32,000 nucleotides of DNA from Acidothermus cellulolyticus 11B (lineage in GTDB: Bacteria; Actinomycetota; Actinomycetes; Acidothermales; Acidothermaceae), in the NCBI RefSeq assembly GCF_000015025.1, contig NC_008578.1:1290001-1322000 (forward strand). Reading direction: 5' to 3'. A program made the translations under genes and the position numbers. The notes under the pieces are model-generated. The model saw only the letters and a program-made list of their open reading frames with translations. It was not told the DNA's origin and did not search any database. The stretch's first letter is position 1. Every line of letters begins with the position of its first letter. This document shows positions 6,923-13,819 of this stretch, in pieces.

Positions 6923-8074
6923 CTATCCGTCGGCTGTCAGCTGCGTCAACCGTTGGTCGGCTGTCAGCTGCGTCAACCGCTCCCGAAGCGTCGTCCGGCG
7001 CGGCCGGGTCGCAATACTGCGAACGGCCCCGGCAAGAGCCGTTCCGACTCCGTGCACGATCGACACGTGCCGCTCGGCGCGGCTGAGCGCCGTGTACACC
7101 AGTTGCCGGGTCAACACCCCTGCACACTCCGGCGAGAACACCACGACCACCGCCGGCCAGCGATAACCCACGGCCTCGTGGATGGTCCGTGGCGCCGGCG
7201 CGCCGACGGTGGCGACGGCATCCCGCAACGCGAGCACCCCGCCCGGCCCTCGGCGCAACGGGCAGAGCACCTGAATCTCCGCGGGTGGAATGCCGAACGC
7301 CCGGGGAATCGACGTCGCCAACAGCTGCGAGACCCGATGTACCGCCTCGGCGGCATTCGCCACCGGGACCACGACAACCTGACGGTCCGGATCCTCGATC
7401 CGCGGCAGCTCGCCGCGGCGAATTCCGGCCAGCAACTGCGCCAGTGCTCCGGCACCGTCGTCCGGCACGTCATATCGCGGAATCCCGTCAACAGCAAGCA
7501 AACTCGCGAACACGTCGCCAGGCCCGGGGGAGCCCAACTCGTCCGGATCACCGGCGAGGACGACCATCTCGTCCGTCCCGCAGCTCTCGAAGAATGCGGC
7601 AAAGGCTTCAACATCCAGGGACTGCGCGTCGTCCGCCACCGCGGCGCCATCCCCGCCGACCTGCGTCACCAGATCGTCACGCCGCTCACCGGCAGGTCCG
7701 GCGACGAGAGCGATCCGGCCGCCCGCCATCCGGGTAGCCACCGCCCGAGCAATGCGATCCTCGGCGTCCAGCAAGCGACGCAACCCAAGCCGCGTCCCGG
7801 CGAAAACCGCGACATCCGCCCTGGCACCCTCAAGCGCGTCGTCACACTCGACGCCCCGGCCGGCGAGGGCAGCCCGAACCACAGTGAGCGGAACGACCGT
7901 GTGACCGTCCCGGGCGGCGGTTTCGAGCAAACCCAGCAGGACGGCCGCTGCCGCATTCTCCTCGTCGCGGCTCACTCCACCGACCCGAGGAGAGCCCGGC
8001 CCCGGCAACCCGCCGCCGCCCACCGCGTCCATCGCCGGGCCGCCGGCCGGCACAGCAACACCATCCGAGAGCAT
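6923..8074 (-). CDS. RecD2-like helicase-fold protein with degenerate ATPase motifs
   Basis: From the ORF track. The helicase motif III-like sequence is VVLAGDPDELGSPGPGDVF (compare GDxDQLPSVGxGxV). The motif VI/UvrD_C-like sequence is LVYTALSRAERHVSIV. The position expected for Walker A reads LVAGPAGERRDDL, with no GK[ST]. The Walker B position reads DDAQSLD, with no DE. The start lies 8 nt downstream of the AKR stop. Confidence 0.65.
   Translation of the reverse strand: MLSDGVAVPAGGPAMDAVGGGGLPGPGSPRVGGVSRDEENAAAAVLLGLLETAARDGHTVVPLTVVRAALAGRGVECDDALEGARADVAVFAGTRLGLRRLLDAEDRIARAVATRMAGGRIALVAGPAGERRDDLVTQVGGDGAAVADDAQSLDVEAFAAFFESCGTDEMVVLAGDPDELGSPGPGDVFASLLAVDGIPRYDVPDDGAGALAQLLAGIRRGELPRIEDPDRQVVVVPVANAAEAVHRVSQLLATSIPRAFGIPPAEIQVLCPLRRGPGGVLALRDAVATVGAPAPRTIHEAVGYRWPAVVVVFSPECAGVLTRQLVYTALSRAERHVSIVHGVGTALAGAVRSIATRPRRTTLRERLTQLTADQRLTQLTADG
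6929..6979. repeat. In-frame tandem duplication with a 27-nt period at the 3' end of the RecD2-like gene
   Basis: GTCGGCTGTCAGCTGCGTCAACCG occurs at 6929-6952 and 6956-6979. It encodes RLTQLTADQ / RLTQLTADG at the C-terminus. Confidence 0.9.
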
Positions 8075-8082
8075 CGACGATG

Positions 8083-9099
8083 TCAGGAAAACGCCGGCGA
8101 CGGGCCGGCCGTCGCCCGCTCAGCGGCCGTCCGCTCCGGATATCCAGACGGCACCGCGGAAACCTCGTCGAGCGCTGCGCTGATTTCCGCCGGCAGCGTC
8201 AGGTCACATTCCGCGAGAATCCCGCGCAGCTGGGCCGCGGTCCGCGCGCCGACCAGCACGCCGCCGACACCCGGTCGATCCCGCACCCATGCCAGCGCCA
8301 CTGCCAGCGGGGAAACCCCCAGCCCCTGCGCAGCCGTACACACGGCGTTCACGATGCGCGTGGATTCCGGGCCAAGGTAGGGCTGGACGAATGCCGCAAG
8401 ATGGTCGCTGGCCGCCCGCGAATCCGCTGGAATCCCGGTGCGATACTTACCGGTCAGCACCCCCCGGCCCAGCGGGGACCACGCGAGAATCGACATTCCG
8501 GCGTCCCGCATCGCCGGTACCACCTCCCGCTCAACACCCCGCTGCAGCAACGAATACTCGACCTGGTTGGAAATCAAACGTGCGCGGCCCGGCCAGGCTG
8601 CCTGCCATGCCGCGGCTTTCGCCGTTCGCCACCCACAGAAATTTGCCAACCCCACGTACCGGACCCGCCCCGAGCTCACCGCGATATCCAGCGCCGACAG
8701 GGTTTCCTCGAGCGGCGTCACCGGGTCAACGCCGTCAATCTGCCACAGGTCAATGTGGTCGACACCGAGCCGGCGCAGCGACCCATCCAACGCGGCCAGC
8801 AGCCCACGCCGCGACAAATCCGCGTCGCCGGCCGCGGCGTCCGGAGCTCCGCCGCCGGTCTTGACCGCAAGGACGACGTCGGAGCGGGCAAACCGGCCGG
8901 CGAGCAACGCGCCGACCACCGCTTCAGCTGCACCGCCGCCGTACGCGTCACCGGTGTCGATCAGCTGTCCGCCGCTCTCCACGAAATCCCGCAGCTGCTC
9001 GGCGGCTTCATGCTCATCGGTGTCGCGGCCCCACAACGCCGTGCCGAGGCCCAGCCACCCGACCGCCAATCCGCTCGTGCCGAGGTACCGGATTTCCAC
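8083..9099 (-). CDS. Aldo/keto reductase family oxidoreductase
   Basis: From the ORF track. Motifs seen: LGLGTALWG, IDTGDAYGGG, VLAVKTG, NQVEYSLLQRGVERE. GTG start at 9099. Confidence 0.9.
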   Translation of the reverse strand: MEIRYLGTSGLAVGWLGLGTALWGRDTDEHEAAEQLRDFVESGGQLIDTGDAYGGGAAEAVVGALLAGRFARSDVVLAVKTGGGAPDAAAGDADLSRRGLLAALDGSLRRLGVDHIDLWQIDGVDPVTPLEETLSALDIAVSSGRVRYVGLANFCGWRTAKAAAWQAAWPGRARLISNQVEYSLLQRGVEREVVPAMRDAGMSILAWSPLGRGVLTGKYRTGIPADSRAASDHLAAFVQPYLGPESTRIVNAVCTAAQGLGVSPLAVALAWVRDRPGVGGVLVGARTAAQLRGILAECDLTLPAEISAALDEVSAVPSGYPERTAAERATAGPSPAFS

Positions 9100-9244
9100 G
9101 ACGGCACGCTACCGTGCGGCGCCGTCCCGTCGAACGGGTTCCGGTCCGACACGCCGGACGACGCCCGGTGCGGCGCTCATCCACCCGACATGGCAGGCCA
9201 AGCCCGGTGCGGGGCCGATCCACCCGACACATACACTGCGGAAC

Positions 9245-9460
9245 GTGGCTCGGTTCTCCTCCGCGCGTCCCTTGCAGCCGTGGCAATTCTGGGCAGGGAT
9301 CATCATCCTGGTCGTCTGCGGCGCGCTCGCTCTCCTCGCGTTGGCCGGCACGGTCGGTGCACACAGCTCGTGCCCGAACCCAGGGCAGGATTCCCGCCCG
9401 GCGAACGCCAACTGCTTCCCGCCGTACCAGCATCAAGAGCAGACCGGCGTCGTCGGCTGA
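9245..9460 (+). CDS. Possible 71-aa single-pass membrane micro-protein
   Basis: This is the in-frame tail of track ORF 8438..9460. The GTG at 9245 is the only classical start codon after the AKR gene. The sequence is VARFSSARPLQPWQFWAGIIILVVCGALALLALAGTVGAHSSCPNPGQDSRPANANCFPPYQHQEQTGVVG. Third positions are strongly G/C-rich, and the TGA lies 3 nt before the next gene's GTG (9464). The Shine-Dalgarno sequence is weak. Confidence 0.4.
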   Translation: MARFSSARPLQPWQFWAGIIILVVCGALALLALAGTVGAHSSCPNPGQDSRPANANCFPPYQHQEQTGVVG

Positions 9461-9463
9461 CCG

Positions 9464-10138
9464 GTGACCACGGTCATCTTCCTCCGCCACGGACTCACCG
9501 AGTCGACCGGACGGCTGCTCACCGGCCGGATGCCCGGCGTCCACCTCGACAGCCGCGGCCTCGCCCAGGCAGCTGACTTAGCCAAACGGCTCGCCGGGAT
9601 CCGGCTCTCCGCCATCGTGAGCAGCCCGCTTGAGCGGTGCCGGGAGACCGTTCAACCGATCGCAGACCAGACCGGCCTACCGATCGAGATCGAGCCCGGT
9701 GTCATCGAATGCGGATACGGCGACTGGACCGGCCGAGACCTCCGGCACCTCACCAAGGATCCGCTCTGGCGGATCCTCCAGACCCATCCCAGCTCGGTGG
9801 TTTTCCCCGGTGCAGAGGGCGAATCGCTGCGGGCCGTGCAGTACCGGGCGGTGGACGCCGTCCGCGCGTGGAACGCCCGGCTCGGCGCCAAGGCCGCCTG
9901 GCTCTGCTGCACCCACGCCGACGTGATCCGGCTCGTCCTCGCCGACGCCCTCGGGATGCACCTCGACGAATTCCAGCGGCTGATCATCGATCCGTGCTCG
10001 GTCAGCATTGTCCGGTACACCACCACCCGCCCCTTCGTCCTGCGCGTCAACGACACCGGCGGCGATCTCGCTTCCCTGATCGAGCCGGCCGCCCGCCGGC
10101 GTTCCCGAGGATCCACCCGTCCGCGCGCCACGCCATAA
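9464..10138 (+). CDS. Histidine phosphatase family protein (MSMEG_4193-type putative phosphomutase)
   Basis: From the ORF track. The RHG motif is present (VIFLRHGLTE), as is a second catalytic His region (CCTHADVIR). The family name is from memory. Confidence 0.85.
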   Translation: MTTVIFLRHGLTESTGRLLTGRMPGVHLDSRGLAQAADLAKRLAGIRLSAIVSSPLERCRETVQPIADQTGLPIEIEPGVIECGYGDWTGRDLRHLTKDPLWRILQTHPSSVVFPGAEGESLRAVQYRAVDAVRAWNARLGAKAAWLCCTHADVIRLVLADALGMHLDEFQRLIIDPCSVSIVRYTTTRPFVLRVNDTGGDLASLIEPAARRRSRGSTRPRATP

Positions 10139-10147
10139 GGTCGAACC

Positions 10148-10720
10148 ATGCCCCGCGAGGTGTACGTCTACGACACCCCCGACCGCGTCGTCATCGGCAC
10201 GGTCGGGCAGCCCGGACACCGTACGTTTTTCCTTCAGGTCCGCGAGAACGATCGGCTCACCAGCGTCGTCTTGGAGAAGGCCCAAGTCGCGGTGCTCGCC
10301 GAGCGGTTGGACGCCATGCTCGACGAAGTCGTCCGCGTCTCCGGCGGTGTCGCGTCCGTCCCCGCGGTCGCACCGGCCGACCTGGACGACGACGCGCCCC
10401 TGGACGAGCCAATTGTCGAGGCATTCCGTGTCGGTGCACTCGGGCTCGGCTGGGATCCGGAGACTGAGCAGGTCGTCATCGAAGCGCAAGCCATCGACCC
10501 CGACGCCGAGGAGGAAATCCTCGTCGAGGACGACGACGCCGACGGCCCGCCGCTGCTGCGGATCCGCATGTCCGGAGCGGTCGCCCGGGCATTCGCCAAA
10601 CGCGCACTGGCCGTCGTCGCCGCCGGCCGGCCGACCTGCCAATTCTGCGGACAACCCATCGACCCGACCGGTCACATCTGCGCACGGGCCAACGGTCACA
10701 AGCCGCACGGCTCTTCCTAA
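10148..10720 (+). CDS. DUF3090-family protein (actinobacterial, uncharacterised)
   Basis: From the ORF track. It has the N-terminus MPREVYVYDTPDRVVIGTVGQPGHRTFFLQ, an acidic middle region and a C-terminal CQFCGQPIDPTGHICARANGH Cys/His cluster. The family assignment is from memory and from its conserved position. Confidence 0.75.
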   Translation: MPREVYVYDTPDRVVIGTVGQPGHRTFFLQVRENDRLTSVVLEKAQVAVLAERLDAMLDEVVRVSGGVASVPAVAPADLDDDAPLDEPIVEAFRVGALGLGWDPETEQVVIEAQAIDPDAEEEILVEDDDADGPPLLRIRMSGAVARAFAKRALAVVAAGRPTCQFCGQPIDPTGHICARANGHKPHGSS

Positions 10721-11439
10721 TGACCAATTACGACGACGCCGAAGTGCGGCACGTGCTCGCCGAGGGCGAGCTCCGGGTGGAAGGGCGGCTCGTCGACGCG
10801 TCGAACACCACCCTGTACGCCTGTGCGCGGCTCGGTGGCTGTGAGATTCCGTGCGTGTACAAGCCGATCGCCGGGGAGCGGCCGCTGTGGGATTTTCCCG
10901 ACGGCACGCTCGCGTACCGGGAGGTGGCGGCGTACCTCGTCTCGCAAGCAACCGGCTGGGGCATCGTCCCGCCGACCGTGCTCCGCGACGGCCCGTTCGG
11001 CCCGGGTGCCTGCCAGGTCTGGGTGGAGGTGGACCCGGACGTCGATCTCCTCGAGTTGCTGCGCAGCGACCATCCGGGGCTGCAGCGGATCGCGGTCTTC
11101 GACGCTGTGGTCAACAACGCCGACCGCAAGGGCGGTCACCTGCTGCCGACCAAGGCTGGTCACATCTTCGGTGTCGACCACGGCGTCTGCTTCGCGGTCG
11201 AGGACAAGCTGCGGACCGTGCTCTGGCAATGGCGGTCCCAGCCGCTGCCCGCTGACGCCGTCGAGACGCTGCGCGCCCTTCGCGACAAGCTGGCCGGCGA
11301 CTTGGGCGCCGAGCTCGCCGCCCTGCTCTCCCGGCAGGAAATTGCGGCCACCCGTCGCCGCGTGAACCGGCTGCTGGCGACCCGGCGGTTCCCCGAACCG
11401 CCGGAGCACTGGCCGGCGATCCCATGGCCGCCGCTGTAA
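10720..11439 (+). CDS. SCO1664-family protein (PI3/PI4-kinase-like fold, uncharacterised)
   Basis: From the ORF track. Its start overlaps the previous stop (TAATG). It has a catalytic-loop-like NNADRKGGHLL and FGVDHGVCF. Confidence 0.75.
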   Translation: MTNYDDAEVRHVLAEGELRVEGRLVDASNTTLYACARLGGCEIPCVYKPIAGERPLWDFPDGTLAYREVAAYLVSQATGWGIVPPTVLRDGPFGPGACQVWVEVDPDVDLLELLRSDHPGLQRIAVFDAVVNNADRKGGHLLPTKAGHIFGVDHGVCFAVEDKLRTVLWQWRSQPLPADAVETLRALRDKLAGDLGAELAALLSRQEIAATRRRVNRLLATRRFPEPPEHWPAIPWPPL

Positions 11440-11454
11440 CCGGCAACGGATAAA

Positions 11455-12675
11455 GTGCGCACCATGCACGCCTGGCCAGCTCCGAAGATTCCGAGTCTGC
11501 CGGGTCGCAACCGCTTGCCGAGCCTGTTCGATACGGCGAGCCGCCGTCTGGTCACCGTTGGCTCGCAGCAGGGCGCGTCGATGTACGTCTGTGGCATCAC
11601 GCCGTACGACGCCACCCACCTCGGGCACGCCGCCACGTACGTCGCCTTCGACCTGCTCGTCCGGACCTGGCACGACGCCGGGGTGACGGTCCGTTACGCA
11701 CAGAACGTCACCGACGTTGACGATCCGCTGCTGGAACGGGCCCGGCAGGTTGACCAACCGTGGGAAGCCATCGCCGCCCGGGAAACCGCGAAATTCCGGG
11801 CGGACATGGCGGCGTTGCGCGTCGTCCCGCCGGACCGCTACGTCGGCGTCGTCGAATCCCTGCCCCAGATCATCGGCCTCATCGAGGTGCTCCGATCCCG
11901 CGGTTTGACCTACGAGCTGGACGGCGACCAGTACTTCGCGACGCACGCGATCCCCGACTTCGGGGCCGTCAGCCATCTCGGCCGCGACGACATGATTGCC
12001 CTGTTCGCCGCGCGTGGCGGCGACCCCGACCGTGCCGGGAAGAAAGACCCGCTGGACGCCTTGCTCTGGCGGGGCAAGCGGCCGGAGGAGCCAAGTTGGC
12101 CGGCGCCGTTCGGCCGTGGCCGGCCGGGCTGGCACGTCGAGTGCGCCGCGATTGCGCTGACCCATCTGCCGCTGCCGCTGGACGTGCAGGGCGGAGGAGC
12201 GGACCTGGTCTTCCCGCATCACGACATGACCGCCGCACAGGCCGAGGCGGCAACCGGACGCCGGTTCGCCCGCGCATACGTGCACACCGGCCTCGTCGCC
12301 TATCAAGGCGAGAAAATGTCGAAATCTCTGGGAAATCTGGTCTTCGTCTCGGACCTGTGTGCAGCCGGCGCCGACCCGATGGCGGTCCGGCTCGCCTTGC
12401 TCGATCACCACTACCGCACCGAATGGGAGTGGACGCCGCGGCTGCTCGACGAAGCGACCGATCGACTCGCCGAATGGCGGGCTGCGGTCCGGCGGCCGAG
12501 GGGAGCGCCGGGGGACGGCCTGCTCGCCGCCGTCCGGGACCGGCTCGCCGACGACCTCGACGCACCCGGGGCGATTGCCCTCATCGACGAGTGGACGACG
12601 CAGGACGGCGACGACCCGGATGCGCCCACCTTGGTCGCCGCGATGGCCGACGCGTTACTCGGCGTACACCTGTGA
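11455..12675 (+). CDS. mshC: Cysteine:1D-myo-inosityl 2-amino-2-deoxy-alpha-D-glucopyranoside ligase (mycothiol ligase)
   Basis: From the ORF track. It has the CysRS-like class I signatures YVCGITPYDATHLGHAATY (HIGH-type) and KMSKSLGN, and its length is about 406 aa. It has the conserved neighbourhood next to the DUF3090/SCO1664 genes. An alternative ATG start is at 11464. Confidence 0.9.
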   Translation: MRTMHAWPAPKIPSLPGRNRLPSLFDTASRRLVTVGSQQGASMYVCGITPYDATHLGHAATYVAFDLLVRTWHDAGVTVRYAQNVTDVDDPLLERARQVDQPWEAIAARETAKFRADMAALRVVPPDRYVGVVESLPQIIGLIEVLRSRGLTYELDGDQYFATHAIPDFGAVSHLGRDDMIALFAARGGDPDRAGKKDPLDALLWRGKRPEEPSWPAPFGRGRPGWHVECAAIALTHLPLPLDVQGGGADLVFPHHDMTAAQAEAATGRRFARAYVHTGLVAYQGEKMSKSLGNLVFVSDLCAAGADPMAVRLALLDHHYRTEWEWTPRLLDEATDRLAEWRAAVRRPRGAPGDGLLAAVRDRLADDLDAPGAIALIDEWTTQDGDDPDAPTLVAAMADALLGVHL

Positions 12676-12790
12676 ACCGGCGTCAGCTCTGAGCAGTCGT
12701 CAGCTGCACGCCGCGTCCGCTGTGAACCGACGTCAGCTGCAAACCATCGTGAGCTCTGCCCTTCCCGGTCGTCAGCTCTGCCCTTCCCGG
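12670..12790. repeat. Nested short direct repeats filling the mshC / PAC2 convergent spacer and overlapping both stop codons
   Basis: CTGTGAACCG[G/A]CGTCAGCT occurs at 12670-12688 (including the mshC TGA) and at 12720-12738. AGCTCTGCCCTTCCCGG occurs at 12752-12768 and at 12774-12790 (adjacent to the PAC2 stop). CGTCAGCT[C/G] occurs four times. Confidence 0.85.
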
Positions 12791-13653
12791 CGGTGCCGCA
12801 AATACCGTTCGAATTCGCGGGCAATCGCCTCGCCGGCTCCCTCGGGCACGTCGTCGTCGTCCTTCTGCTGCTCGAGAGAGCGGACATACTCCGCGATTTC
12901 GCTGTCCTCCTCGGCAAGCTGGTCCACGCCGCGCTCCCACGCGATCGCGAGCTCGGGGAGATCCCCGTACGGCATGGGAATGTCCAGAACCACCTCCAGG
13001 TGGCGCAGCAGCGCCAACGTCGCCTTCGGGCACGGTGGCGACGCGACGTAATGCGGGACCGCCGCCCAGAGCGACACCGAGGGCAGCCCGGCCTGAATGC
13101 ACGCGTCGTTGAAGACACCGACAATGCCGGTCGGACCTTCGTAATGCGATTGCTCGAGACCGAGGCGGCGGGCCGCCGCCGAATCGGTCGCGCTGCCGGT
13201 CACCGGCACCGGTCGGCTGTGCGGAGAGTCGGAGAGCAGCGCGCCGAGGTTGACGACCTCGGTCACCCCGAGCCGTCCGGCGGCGTCGAGCAGTTCGGCG
13301 CAGAAGGTCCGCCACCGCATGTTCGGCTCCAGACCGCGCAGCAGGACGACGTCACGACCGCTCTCCGGCGGGCTGGCGATCGACAATCGCGACGTCGGCC
13401 ACGCGATCCGCCGGCTCACTCCGTCGATCAGCGCCACGGTCGGCCGGTTCACCTGGAAGTCGTAGTACTCCTCCGGGTCGATCTCGGCGATCGGCTCGGC
13501 GTGCCAGGCAAGCTCCAACGTCTCGATCGCGTCAGTAGCGGCCTCTGCCGCGTCGTTCCACCCCTCAAACGCTGTAATCATGACCGGGTTCCGCAGCGGC
13601 CGGAGCTCGGAGAACTCGATCACACCCAGCTCCTCTCTCTCCGGCGCGCTCAC
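12772..13653 (-). CDS. PAC2 (proteasome assembly chaperone 2-like) family protein
   Basis: From the ORF track. It has the N-terminus LRNPVMITAFEGWNDAAEAATDAIETLE and the GPTGIVGV motif typical of the bacterial PAC2 family, recognised from memory (Rv2125-like). Confidence 0.8.
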   Translation of the reverse strand: MSAPEREELGVIEFSELRPLRNPVMITAFEGWNDAAEAATDAIETLELAWHAEPIAEIDPEEYYDFQVNRPTVALIDGVSRRIAWPTSRLSIASPPESGRDVVLLRGLEPNMRWRTFCAELLDAAGRLGVTEVVNLGALLSDSPHSRPVPVTGSATDSAAARRLGLEQSHYEGPTGIVGVFNDACIQAGLPSVSLWAAVPHYVASPPCPKATLALLRHLEVVLDIPMPYGDLPELAIAWERGVDQLAEEDSEIAEYVRSLEQQKDDDDVPEGAGEAIAREFERYLRHRREGQS

Positions 13654-13819
13654 CCGATCAACACGGCGCGCCTGCCATCCAGCCTACGGCCTCGCCGCGG
13701 CGTGGGGCGGCGGGCATTTCGGCGCTATCGCCGAGGTCACGCTCGCACGGCCTTGCCACGACTGCGGACGGCGGCCGCCGGCCGGCCTGTCGCGGTACGG
13801 CCGGTACCGTTGAGAGGAC

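Noticed and set aside
6953-9576. Plus-strand ORFs 6953..8380 (475 aa) and 8080..9576 (498 aa)
   Set aside because: They are antisense to the RecD2-like and AKR genes. They are extremely Arg/Pro-rich and are not credible proteins.
9677-12411. Two very long minus-strand ORFs (9677..10951, 424 aa; 10717..12411, 564 aa)
   Set aside because: They lie antisense to four well-supported plus-strand genes (phosphatase, DUF3090, SCO1664-family, mshC). They have Arg/Gly/Pro-rich composition with no motifs and are GC-frame artefacts.
13654-13819. A possible riboswitch (cobalamin, SAM or SAH) in the 166-nt spacer upstream of metH
   Set aside because: I could not recognise any conserved riboswitch core (for example a B12 box) by eye. 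A covariance-model scan would be needed, so it is left uncalled.
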